Of a stretch of DNA of 64,000 nt, positions 26,401 to 37,345 are shown piece after piece. The translations under genes were made by a program, and so were the position numbers. The notes below the pieces were generated by a model. That model did no database searches. It was not told the DNA's origin and saw only the letters and a program-made list of their open reading frames with translations. The DNA is from Azolla caroliniana. Its lineage: Eukaryota; Plantae; Polypodiophyta. Location of the stretch: the NCBI GenBank assembly GCA_043228905.1, contig JBHGNT010000012.1:11346001-11410000 (forward strand), given 5' to 3'. Positions within the stretch are counted from its first letter, which is position 1, and each line of letters starts with the position of its first letter.

Positions 26401-29400
26401 TAAGATGGATGCTCTTAAATCAATGTACATGCGCCTTGACCGAGCTTTGGAGGTTAGTACTTTATTTGACACATTGAATGAAATAAGTTTCAAATCCCAC
26501 ATTCTTACGCTGATTTTAATGTTTTAATTGCTTGATTTCTTGAACCTGGTCGCTGTTTTTATTAAATGTTTTGGAGGACTCGTTGTATGGATATTTTTTA
26601 GGCAGAGAGGAATCACTGCTGTTCAGCTGAACAAGCACCCTTTTTGGGTTTATAGCTTTGGATCACATATTGACCCTCTGATCCTTATTAAGGATTTATT
26701 TTGCTAATTTGTGGATTTCCAGAGAGCCTTCAACATTGTACGATGCACTCTTGGTGTCCCCATACATATGCAATGGGGAACCTATGTACTGTATAGATTC
26801 ATGTCAGGAGAAGCGTAATCTCCCAATGGCTGTGGCTAACAAAATCAGAACACTATCACTCACTCTTGTTGGTTTCTATATAGGTAGGCAGTTATAGATG
26901 TAGGTAGGCAGATATGCAGGAATAGCTCTAGAAGAAAGAACTTGCCAATTGTTTTATCAAGAAGTGGAATCCAAAGAACACTGTCATTGCAGTGTCTTTT
27001 ATGAACTAAGAGGGAGACACCATTGTGTCTTTAAAAAAGGCTTTGACCCACTACACAAGGTAATGGAATATGAGGACCAACGGTGCCTAGGACTTTTCTT
27101 GCTAGAACTCAAGAGACATAGGGAAAAGTTGTTGAAGAATACAGCCACACAAGCTCATCCACAAAGAACAATCACAACTTTCTTTAGCTCCATCACTCCT
27201 AGAAATGCTACAAGTCAGTCAAGGGACACACAAATGGGTTCTTGACCAAGACATAATGAAGGGGTTACAATAGATCGGGCGGTAAAAATTTGTTGTGCAC
27301 TTAGGCCCTGGCCCCACGGACCACAACCTTAGCACCCTTGTCATCGACAGATAAAGGCCATTATCTCCTGCCATCACAGGTACTTCCTTGGCTTCGGAAA
27401 TCTCTCCATTCTGGATTGACCTATGCTAGAGATCTTTCGAAGACAAAAGTTATATATATCTAAGTTGAGAATCTTACATGTGCCGAAAACTAGATTCTTT
27501 AGTCTCTTTTTATCTTATTTACTTTGTAATATTTATTTTATTTTGATTCGTTTCTCAAAGATGAGATAACATTTAGGATGTAATCTCCTGTTTGGTTTTA
27601 TAGGCCATTTTGGCCTCTTTAAAGACGTTAATTCATCTTTCTTTCTTTTTATAACTACATATTTTTCCTCTAATTCTTTACATAGATGAGGTATATCATC
27701 ACATAGAGAAGTTTTTGGCAGTTCAGGAGTATGGCTAGCGGGTATAGCCATACATAAAGTACTATATGCTGATGATATAGCCATACATAAATTCTGTGGT
27801 CTCATTTTATCTTATTTATTTTATATTTACTTAGTAATATTTATTTTATTTTCGTTTGTTGTTCTCAAAGACGAGACAACACTTCAGATGTAATCGCTTG
27901 GTTGGTCTTATAGGACATTTTGGCCTCTTAAAAGATGTTAACATATCTTTCTTTCTTTATTTTATAACTACAAAGTTTCTGCTAATTCTTTACATAGATG
28001 AGGTGTCACATCACACAGAGAGGTTTTTGGCAGTTCGGGAGTATGCCTATTGGGTATCGCCATATATCAATTACTATATGCTGATCATATTGTGTTGATC
28101 TCTGGCATTGTTGAGGAAAGAGTCCACCAATCTTGTTATCAAGGAATGTAATCTGAGTAACACTATGTTTGCCCTTGTACTGCTCTTTTTGAAATAAGAG
28201 GGAGATACCATTGCCTCTTTAACCAAGGATTTGGCACTGTATACAAGGTAATGGTTATATGCTTGTTTGAAATTAGAGTGCGCTCAAACTTTCGTATTTC
28301 AGAGAAAGTTCATTGTTATTGTGGGTTGGTTTTAAAGGAATACAACATGAATGAAGGAGAAACTTGAATATTGTCTTGAAACGTTGTCACAGAGCCTACC
28401 TACATATAGGATGAAGGAATGAATAATAGTGTGATGTAACTTGTATCTGCTGCTGATTGTCTAGTCTTATGCCCAACTTCTCTTCTAGAAAATCATAAGA
28501 TGCAAAGAATGGCGAAAGAACTAAGAGAGTTAAATGGATTAGTGATAGATGATGGCCTCTCATGGTGATCAGGATCAGATATCTCTTCAACCATGGCTTC
28601 CCAAGTTGCAGAATCAGAAACATCATTTGTTTTCCTGTTTTGGTCAGATGTCTCTTTTCTTTAAATTTTTAGACAGACATTGTGATGGCTCTAGCATACT
28701 TTACTTTTTAGAAGGACAGTTTACTCCATATTGTAAGCTCATACATACTGAGTCAGGAAACATTGTTTTCTCAAAAAATGAAATGCATTCTTGGCTTGTA
28801 AGCAAGTCCATAAATGTTATGCTAATGTTTTCCTGCTCTTATTTTTGGCTTTTTTAACATAAAAAAAACTTAATATCTCCCATGCTGCTTGATATCTGAA
28901 GGGTTTAAATGCAAGTAATTTGCAAAAGCAAAGGAAAGACGATACTTTCTGTGCCTCACGTAAGAGGGCAGCAAGAGATATAAATGCTCCCGATGATGAG
29001 AAAATGCACACTTCTGATGATTCTATGGTTGTAGAATCAAGAACACCAGAGAAAACGAATGGTAAGCCATTTTTTGGCTTTCTTTGATTTTGATACAACT
29101 CCGAAGGATTCTAGGTAAAGAGCTAAGTAATGACCTATCTTTCCAGGAAAAGCTGAATCTAATGGGCCGGTCAGGAATTTAAGAACATTGCAATCCCAGA
29201 TATCTCAACTCAAGAATCTAACCCAAACATTAAAATTGGAAATAGAAAATCTCACAAAGGAGAAGAAATCTATTTCTGTAGAGGTTTCTGATGTGACACG
29301 TGAAAGAGATGAATCCAAACAGTATCTTGTATCGTTGGAGAATGAGGTAATGGTAATCTATCATTAATTAAAATAATATTATTTATTCTTTATCTTCATT

Positions 29401-30904
29401 CATGAGCTCATATGGATAATCATCATGGCATTCTACCACTAGTATGCTAGCATACATATTTGGAATTTTTGGAAATATATCATGAGAGGAAGCATCAATA
29501 TTCCTCGTATATGGAGCTTACATGGCTCTTAAGTCAGACTCTATAACAGGAAGGGTATATTAATGTCTTTTAATAGGACAAAATGGCCTAAAAACAAAAC
29601 AGGAGATTATATCTTAAAAGATTGTCTCATCTTTGAGAAACAACAAACCAAAATATATAAAAACGAAACAAAAATGTAAATTGAAATAGACTAAGCCGTG
29701 ACTGAAGAATCTCATTATCTATAGATGTAAGATTCTCAAATCAGATATATTGTAATTTTTCTCTTCACAAGATGGAGAGGTCTCTGATGCAAGGGGAACA
29801 CCTGTGATTGGAGGAGATAATGGCCTTCATTCGTCAATGACTAGGGTGATGAGATCTTAGTCCATACTCTTTTGCTCATTATGGAGAGGTTTGAGATTCT
29901 CTCCCCTGCAGGTGATCCTCTTCTGGCACTTCCAATGCTATATAGTAAAGAAGTGAGATTTTCACAGCAGCTTTTCTCGATCTGTACACGCTCCAGTTTT
30001 CATCTCAATGTCCTGAGAGGGATGTTTGTTGGATAATCGTTTGAATAATACTAACCAAAAGGAATAGCCCTCATTGAGTCCCACGTATTTGAAACAAGTT
30101 AAGAATAAATTGTGCATCAGGGAAGTTTTATTGAACCTGAGAGGATGTTTTCTTAAGATATCTTTAAATTTGTGGAATGTTGGTAATTGTCTTTCATTAA
30201 GGTTTCTTCCTTTGATTTCAAGCCTCTCAATTCTCACTGTTGCTTGTGAATGGATAACTGCTTTGCTGTCTAAAATACTCCTTCACATCTCTATTTGGGA
30301 GAACCTTCACGTGTCTATTCAATAGCTTAACTGGATATCTAAAAACCCAGTAAATATATATTGTCTGCTGTGATGTGAAGCATATAATCATTCAAACAAT
30401 TGCGTGTAGTACATGTATACAAATGGAAATAATCTGGCCTCCTACTGGTACTTTTTGTGAAGGAACTCATAATTGATTTTTTTATGTAGTGACTTAAACA
30501 TTTATCCAACTGTTATTGATCAGAATGCAAATCTTAAGGAGATCATACAGAAGCTAAGGCAAGAACCTGACAAGGATAAACAATCTTTGGATGGAAAAGA
30601 GGGGGCACTGCGGAATTTCAAGAATCAGAGGGTGATTTATTTCTCTAAATAATATAACATATATATCCGTTCAATTCAGAATATATTCACATAATTTTTA
30701 CTGCATTACGGATTACTAATGTCCCAATCTTTGCTATGTGAATCTCAGCTGCCTAAAAACTCCAGTGTTAATGTTGTTTTAATCCTCCCTGTGGAAGCCG
30801 AAAAGCATTTTCTCTACCTGAATGGAATGCTCTATGGGGTCATTGAGAAGGGTTGCACATTCAAACCCCAAGGATATGTCGACAATGGGAAAGGAAGGAT
30901 ATAA
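5119..30904 (+). CDS. Kinesin-12 family (KIF15/POK-like) motor gene, spliced, with coiled-coil tail; 3' exons uncertain
   Basis: Joined exons give [67 protein letters not shown] and [20 protein letters not shown]. All motor-exon junctions are GT-AG and phase-consistent. Confidence 0.9.
5595..5676. repeat. Near-perfect hairpin (MITE-like) in intron 1
   Basis: ~39-bp arms TGAAAATACAAGGTTATCCATGGCACATGCAAAAA and their reverse complement, with a 4-nt loop. Confidence 0.8.
6795..7560 (+). mobile_element. 5'-truncated LINE (RTEX-like family) copy
   Basis: [11 protein letters not shown]...RICQLCHQ zinc-finger region, running to the shared 3' end TATAGGCCATTTTGGCCT...TTTCTTTC. Confidence 0.85.
8982..9060 (+). 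CDS. Kinesin exon 2
   Basis: [27 protein letters not shown], bounded by AG/GT. Confidence 0.92.
9171..9206 (+). CDS. Kinesin exon 3 (P-loop)
   Basis: [13 protein letters not shown], bounded by AG/GT. Confidence 0.95.
10053..14680 (+). mobile_element. Ty1/Copia LTR retrotransposon, internally deleted and frameshifted
   Basis: LTRs at 10053-10472 and 13919-14680, TSD CATAT, PBS TGGTATCA at 10473, PPT GAGAGGAGG. Contains gag, [10 protein letters not shown] and integrase. RT breaks off near 13850 and RNase H is absent. Confidence 0.95.
14008..14318 (+). mobile_element. LINE 3' end inserted in the Copia 3' LTR
   Basis: Absent from the 5' LTR. Matches the LINE 3' end and terminates in CTTTCTTTCT. 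Confidence 0.9.
15683..15816 (+). CDS. Kinesin exon 4
   Basis: ...[13 protein letters not shown]..., phase matches exon 3. Confidence 0.88.
15912..15956 (+). CDS. Kinesin exon 5
   Basis: [15 protein letters not shown], bounded by AG/GT. Confidence 0.85.
16048..16099 (+). CDS. Kinesin exon 6
   Basis: [17 protein letters not shown]. Confidence 0.9.
16690..17630 (-). mobile_element. Degenerate LINE fragment
   Basis: [17 protein letters not shown] and upstream motifs homologous to the 24943-25530 ORF. Confidence 0.7.
17800..18540 (+). mobile_element. Degenerate LINE reverse transcriptase core
   Basis: [14 protein letters not shown]...[14 protein letters not shown]...QRHPNSL...KLMVF. Confidence 0.7.
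18926..19110 (+). CDS. Kinesin exon 7 (switch I)
   Basis: [14 protein letters not shown]...[20 protein letters not shown]. Confidence 0.95.
19140..20190 (+). mobile_element. Cluster of rearranged LINE 3' fragments
   Basis: Three repeats of the FYEIRGRY..LFKQG block, followed by two tail segments. Confidence 0.75.
20491..20649 (+). CDS. Kinesin exon 8 (switch II)
   Basis: [15 protein letters not shown]...[13 protein letters not shown]. Confidence 0.95.
21270..21344 (+). CDS. Kinesin exon 9
   Basis: [25 protein letters not shown]. Confidence 0.95.
21540..22050 (-). mobile_element. Degenerate LINE 3' fragments
   Basis: AAAGAAAGATATATAAATGTCTTTTAAGAGGCCAAAATGGCC terminus, with tail homology. 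Confidence 0.6.
23218..23428 (+). CDS. Kinesin exon 10 (motor end and neck)
   Basis: [18 protein letters not shown]...[24 protein letters not shown]. Confidence 0.95.
24171..25540 (-). mobile_element. Least degraded 5'-truncated LINE copy (RTEX-like ORF C-terminus plus 3' UTR)
   Basis: ORFs 24943-25530 and 24370-24891 carry [26 protein letters not shown] and a ~100-aa tail. The 3' terminus is at 24171. Confidence 0.9.
26298..26452 (+). CDS. Kinesin exon 11 (coiled coil)
   Basis: [22 protein letters not shown]...RLDRALE, bounded by AG/GT, phase 1 matches exon 10. Confidence 0.75.
26885..28260 (+). mobile_element. LINE 3' copy with tandem duplication of its end and flank
   Basis: ORF 26949-27245 is near-identical to 24370-24891. 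27510-27800 is repeated at 27805-28090. Confidence 0.85.
28277..28324 (+). CDS. Probable kinesin tail exon
   Basis: [16 protein letters not shown], bounded by AG/GT, phase 0. Resembles the kinesin-12 'KMxLRFRE' segment. Confidence 0.5.
28902..29061 (+). CDS. Probable kinesin tail exon
   Basis: Open hydrophilic frame [12 protein letters not shown]...PEKTN with a strong GTAAG donor. Confidence 0.6.
29147..29346 (+). CDS. Kinesin tail exon (coiled coil)
   Basis: [29 protein letters not shown]...LENE, phase matches the previous exon. Confidence 0.75.
29545..29870 (-). mobile_element. Degenerate LINE 3' end
   Basis: AAAATGGCCTA...GAGATTATATC...TCTCATCTTTGAGA terminus and GGAGATAATGGCCTT tail motif. 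Confidence 0.7.
30524..30631 (+). CDS. Probable kinesin tail exon
   Basis: [14 protein letters not shown] continues the coiled coil, bounded by AG/GT. Confidence 0.65.
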
Positions 30905-33900
30905 TGAAGAAGGGCATAAAAAGTGCTGTGGAATGAGATTCAAACCAAATGAACAATAACGCACTAAGAGAGAAGCTCATTTAAAAATGTGCATGTGCAA
31001 AGCGTGGCTTTGGAGTGGGAGAACAAAAAAAGCTGAAGTACATGCTCTTCAGAAGATAGAATTTGAGAGAGTACGCTTTTTCAATTGAAATAAGTCAATC
31101 GATTATGACGGTTGAAAATTCTAGGATGGGCAGACAGGGCTAAGAATGTGAAAGAAAGGACTGAAGAAATTTGCCTTAAATAGAGTAGTTAAGAAATAGA
31201 AAGATGCTCACTCATGGTCAAGTTGCAACTGATGAATGCAATATAAGAAGCTGCATACACTTAATATGAGAGTTCTTAGACAACATCAAAAGAGAAACCC
31301 ACGAAAGGATACAAAGGCATTGGAAATACTGTTGGGGATCCAAGATTCCATATGCCACATGGCCAAATTCGCTCTGTGTTTTGCTAGCTTGATGGTCATT
31401 AATGCAATTGAGAGACCTCAGATTTGGAATCTTTGAGATACAGGGTCTTTGATGCCAGATAAGTATCAGTACAATTATCACGGGATACTCTTTGGTACCA
31501 AGTATTATGGATTGATTTTAGAGTTATAATTGAGTGAGGGACAGCATCTAGGAAACTAGGTCTCAGGAGGAGGTTCCCTACGTAGACTATGTATTGATGC
31601 TACCAGTTCTTGCCGAGGAGGGTAGAGCTTATGGAAAGATTATATTTTCGTGCTTTGTAGAGGTCTGCTTAGTAGTTAACAAACTCATGCATAAACTGCA
31701 AACTATTAAGGTAACAGAGATACATGGTGGCAAATTTTTGCACTCTATGAATCAGTGTCAGGGAAGGTTCAAGCACCAAAGATGAGTATCAGACAAGATG
31801 TCTAGAACTATGCACTTCCCGAAGAAGGAAATGTCTGATCTTTATTACGTTAAAGCTTATGGTGTTTTAACACACAGCGATGGCATGGGTGAAAGGTGAT
31901 CATCAATTTGTAATAATCAATGTTTGGTGGTCGTTTTAGTAGGACCTCATTTTTTTCTTGGAAGAGGTATCTACAGTCCAACTCTCTAGAGGTTGTGCAG
32001 CTTTTAACGTGAGACATTGTGAGACAATGTCCTGCCGTGCAGTTCTAAGAACCATGTACCAAGCAAGTATGGTGGCTTGACCCTCCACCATGTGTACGAT
32101 AGGAAACACATCAGTGATTGCCTGCATGATCAACAGGGATGGTCAGCATCATAAGGCTTTTTAGGAAGGACTATCAGCACCATTAGTAAGAAGCAATATT
32201 GCCCTGTCTACCTTGTCTCATGGTTAGGAGATAAATTGTACTAGTTCAAACATTATGCGTATATCAGGCTTTCAAGGACGCCTGCGCCATCTTGATACAT
32301 TACGAGATTTTTCTTATGATCAAGGTCTTGATGCATGGAAAGAAGATTCAATTTCAAATGCCTAGGAACAAACTTTGGTTTTTTAACAATGGTCACACCT
32401 GCGCTACCTCATTGTGGACATACATGGGAACCCAGCTTGATTGATAAATGGAGACAGGCGAGATGGGTTCAAGAAACATGGTAGTGCATTGAACACATGT
32501 ATAGATCAGGATATCCTAGAGCATAGTGCCAAAGGTAGACAGGATGATGAAAAAGACTACCACTAACTTAGGAACAACCACTTGTCATCATGATATCACA
32601 TATTATGACTCAAACCTCGGCAATACATGTATCTGAATTGATCTAAGAGTCAAGCCTTGTGGCGATGTAGACCAGATACAAATGTTTCGGTTTGCACAGA
32701 CCTTCCTACCAATGCTGTGCAAGAAAGAGCACCTACTTGGCCTTGCACGGGTTAGTTGTGTACTACTTTGGCTGCTAAGCCTTTTAGCTATAGGGCTCCC
32801 CCCCCAACAGGCATTGGGAATACGAAATGAGCTTAACATGCATGCAACATTTAGGACATCCTACTGTTGGTTTTCTAAAATTTGACAGCAAATAAAATGC
32901 TAAATGCTCTACATTATTTCAGAAATCATTTTGGTTGGATGTAAACATGCTTTTGTTTCTCAATCAATAAGGGCTTGACCATGTTTCAGTCCATTTATGC
33001 CATTCTATTCTGATACCAGCATATTCAAGCTTTTAAGAGGTTTATTTCAAGGCCAACTAGCAATCGAAAGCGAACTTCAGTGTCATTTCATAGCCTGCTG
33101 AAATGAAAGACATAGGTAAATGCATCCTCAAGGTTGTGCAAACTACAGATGATGTAAAAAACATAAATATATATATCCATGTGTACTACAGATGATGTAA
33201 AAAACATTTTTTAAATATAAACTAATCGTCACATTATGTTTTGTTGACTAATCGGCATGCCATCCTAATTCTTCAATGTTTTACTTGAAATCAGTTTATG
33301 TAAACGTATAGATTTGTATTAGACGATAAGAAATTTTTGTACTAAGAGGATTTGAGGAAGGCCCTCCGTATGGCCAAAAGATTAATGGACATCATTATCA
33401 GATTTTGTATTTTTTGTGTACGTTTTACTACATGAATATAAAGTTCTATTAGGTTTTTAGTAATAGTATCAACATTTATGTAATTTGACTTCATAGGAAG
33501 ATTCATATATATTCCGTTTGCGATGAACATTTCTATCATCTTCTTGTTCAAAAGCTTGTATTTTATGTTTAGAATACATTAAAATGGATATGCAATATAA
33601 ATTCCACTTGTAATTTGTGAATGTATTGTTGAATTCATCTGTACCATAAATGATTCTTTATGAGTAAATTTCTAGTACATGTGTAAATACAAAAAAATAT
33701 TATTGTTTGTTAGGTATTCAGTTAGAGCAATAGAGCAACTATGAATTGAAGGATGTCAACAAAATCAATTTGTGTCCATCTCTCATCTTTGGGTTGTGAA
33801 TTGTGGATAGCTTATTTATTTTGGATAAGAGAAGTTGGTGTGACAACTTATTAGATGTGTTGGTGCATTTGATTACACCTTGTTAGACATCTTGGTGTAA

Positions 33901-34252
33901 TCTTGAATTCACAATCAATGAATAAAATGCAACAATCAAGGAATGCATGCACATAGTCTAGATAATAGCTGTACACACAGATTGACATTTTTTGCATTCA
34001 TTGGTTACCAAACGAATAACAAAGAGACTTTCACATTGAAAAGGGGATATTTAACTTCACATTAATAAGGAGACTTACACTAAATAATATTTTTATATAA
34101 TAGATGGAAAACTTAAAAGTATTTGTTTTATTTTTAATAAATTATAAATAAAAGATTCATTAATTCCCCACTTTTTACTCTCCCACAAAAATTGATATTT
34201 TTATGTCATTAAAAGGGGACCTCACATTAATAATATTTTTATAATAGATATA

Positions 34253-35485
34253 GGAATGGGCTATTTTTATAATAGATATAGGAATGGTTGATTCACAAAG
34301 ACAAGATTGTACGTTATTGGACTGGTCGCTTCCCTCACTTTGGAATGACCAGCACCTCTCGCATTGAAGGCAACCATTATGTTGTCAAGAGGGTTTTAGG
34401 CATTGTTAATAACGATCTGCTCACTGTATTCAAGAAAATCCGTTTACTACTGGACACACAACTGACAGAATTGAACACCGAAACGGAGTATGACAAGTCT
34501 ACACAGGCACATCGACATGCACTCGAGTTCATGAGGCCGCTAGTAAAGAAGATATCCAAACACGCATTAGACAAGTTATTGGAGCAGTACAAGAAAGTTA
34601 TTGACAACAATTATGGTGATGAATGTACGAGGTTGTTTCGATCAAGTTTTGGTGTCCCATGTTGTCATGACATTTTGAGATGCATCCAAAGAAATGAAAG
34701 ATTCCATCTTGAAGATATTCACTGTCAATGGCACTTGATTGCGTGTTCAACGGTTCAACACGCCTCTATAGCTAAGCCATGTTTGTCTCCCAGAAAGCGT
34801 TTGATGAGGAAAATCAAGCAAAGATTGTATGAAACTGACGATGACCAGGTTGCTGTTCTCATGACACGATTGGATGAAGCAAGTCAAGCACCACTGCAGT
34901 CTCTCTCCAATCCAGTGGTGGTAACTAGGAAGCGAGGTCGCCCTGCAGGGTCGAAGAACAAAAAGGCCAACCAAAGGGAGAAGTCACTATTTGAGTACTC
35001 TACCGGTCGCAAATGTTCCAAATGTGATCAAGCTGGTCACAATGCACGCACTTGCGATATGCATTTGCCCCCCCATTTTGGCTATTTGCTCCTACAATAC
35101 TAAGAATGTTATTGACGACGATTCCTTTTTATGTAATAGTTGATAAACCTTTTTATGAGGTTGTAAAGTGTAATAGTTGATATATATCACAAAAACATTT
35201 TGGTTGAGGTGAGAACTATCAAATTTTTATTTTTATTTTTGTAATACCAAGAAGGTTGTATTTGACTTCCATTAATATAACTCATTTTAGCTATTTGGTA
35301 CTTCACAACAACAACCAAATCACTTGACAAGAATATTTGTTCCAACAAGGTATTGTTGTAAGTGTTATTGGGAAAGAAGTGTTGTAAGTTTAGCCAAAAT
35401 AGGGGGGCTAAAAGTTTTTTTTTAGGAGGCCAAAAAGGTTTTTTTTTTTTTTTGGAGGGGGGGGGGGGGGCAAATAGCCCATTCC
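34253..35485. mobile_element. MULE-type element with TIRs GGAATGGGCTATTT
   Basis: TIRs at both ends, TSD TAGATATA, contains a transposase fragment. Confidence 0.85.
34288..35061 (+). pseudogene. Mutator/FAR1-like transposase C-terminal fragment
   Basis: HFGMTSTSRIEGNH, SWIM-like C..FGVPCCH, QWHL, RKRGRP AT-hook, CSKCDQAGHNARTC knuckle. Confidence 0.88.
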
Positions 35486-36125
35486 TAGATATAAAACTTA
35501 AATGTATTTGTTTTATTATTTATAAAACAAAAAATAAATAAAATGTTCCCATCAAATTTCATATTTGTATCTCACATTAAAAAGGGCACCTCGCACTAAT
35601 AATATTTTTATAATAGATATAAAACTTAAATGTATTTGTTTTATTTTTTAATAAAAAACAAAATGTAAATAAATAAAATAAATAAAAGGTTCGCATCAAA
35701 TTTCATATTTTTATTTCACATTAAAAAGGGGACCTCACACTAATAATATTTTTATAATAGATATAAAACTTAAATGTATTGTTTTATTTTTTAATAAAAT
35801 AATAAATAAATAAAAATATGTAAATAAATAAAAGGTTCCATCAAATTTCCTATTTTTATCTCACATTATAAAGGGGACCTCACACTAATAATATTCTTAT
35901 AATAGATGAAAAACTTAAAAGTATTTGTTTTATTTTTAATAAAAAAAAAAAAAGGTTCATTAATTCCCCACTATTTACTGTCTTGACATTAAAATAGGGG
36001 ACCTCACACTAATAATATTTTTATATAATAGATGTAAATTATTTTTTTTAAAATAATAAATAGTAAATAAACATATAGTTCTATAATATTCTTGGGGTCA
36101 TTTTGTATTCTCGAATATTACCAAT

Positions 36126-37274
36126 CATAGATTGATCCATGCGTGAAATTCGTAGTATTCGACATTCGTAAAATTCGAGAATACAAAATGACCCCAAGAA
36201 TATTATAGAACCATTCGTTTATTTATTTATTATTTAAAAAAAATATTTTTACATCTTATATATAAAAATATTACTAGTCTAAGGTCCCTTTTAAATGACA
36301 AGATAGTAAAAAGTGGGGAACTAATTAACTTTTTATTTATTTATTTATTAAAAAATAAAACAAATACTCTTAAGTTTTCCAATATTATGACAGTATTATT
36401 AGTGGGAGGTTCCCTTTTTAATGTGAGATAATAGTATAAAATTTTATGAGAACCTTTTCTTTACATATTCTATTTATTTTACATATATTTTATTTATTTA
36501 TTAAAAAATAAAATATTTTCATTTAAGTTTTATATATATTATAAAAATATTATTAGTTTGAGTTACCCTTTTTAATGTGAGATAAAAATAGCAAATTTAT
36601 GGGAACCGTTTATTATATATATATATATATATTTATTGTTTTATTAAAAAGTAAAACAAATATATTTTAGTTTTATATATATTATAAAAATATTATTAGT
36701 ATGAGGTGCCCTTTTAATGATAGATAAAAATATCAATTTTTGTGGGAGAGTAAAAAGTATGGAATTAATGAACCTTTTATTTATTATTTATTATATTTAT
36801 TAATAATAAATAAATACTTTTAAATTTTAAGTTTTTCATCTATTATATAAAAATATTATTTAGTTTAAGTTTCCTTTTTAATGTGAAGTTAAATATAGCC
36901 TATTTAATGTGAAAGTCTTTTTGTTATATGATATATATAGGAATGCGCTATTTGCCTCCCCCATTTTGGCTATTTGCCCCCCCTAAATAAATAAAAAACT
37001 TTTTGGCTATTTTGGCCCCCCTATTTTGTCTAAACCATCACCACACACACCTCCCCCCGAAAAAAACAAAAATAGGGGGGCCAAAATAGCCAAAAAGTTT
37101 TTCTTTTTTTTAGGGGGGGGCAAATAGCACATTCCTATATATATTAGAAACTAAAAAGTATGAACTGTATTTTTTTTTTCTTTTTTTTTTAACGAATATT
37201 TTTTCATCCATTCTTATGCGTATTCGTATGAATTCGTATGGAAACCCCCACGAATGCGAATATGTCAATCTATG
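36126..37274. mobile_element. Non-autonomous hAT-like element (inner, inverted relative to outer)
   Basis: TSD TTACCAAT at 36118-36125 and 37275-37282, TIR CATAGATTGA / TCAATCTATG. Confidence 0.88.
36940..37135. mobile_element. MITE of the same MULE-type family
   Basis: TIR GGAATG(C/T)GCTATTTGCC, TSD TATATATA. Confidence 0.85.
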
Positions 37275-37345
37275 TTACCAATATTACGAATGTCGAATAT
37301 CATGCATGGGTCAACCTATGGCTGTACATATTATATTGTTGGGAA

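Larger units (their letters stand above)
33976..37320. mobile_element. Non-autonomous hAT-like element (outer)
   Basis: 8-bp TSD GCTGTACA at 33968-33975 and 37321-37328, termini CACAGATTGAC / GTCAACCTATG, ~120-bp AT-rich internal repeats. Confidence 0.85.

Noticed and set aside
28437-28568. U-to-C editing rescuing the kinesin stops
   Set aside because: That editing is known from fern and hornwort organelles, not nuclear mRNA. C-to-T mutation or alternative splicing is more likely.
30749-30904. Terminal kinesin exon listed as a firm feature
   Set aside because: In phase with the previous exon, but there is no motif support, so the gene end is uncertain.
31250-32900. Possible old Gypsy RNase H or integrase remnant
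   Set aside because: Only faint motif resemblance, too degraded to support a call.
34016-36927. Single Foldback transposon or CRISPR-like array
   Set aside because: TSDs show two nested inverted hAT-like elements. The repeats are degenerate AT-rich units with no unique spacers or cas genes.
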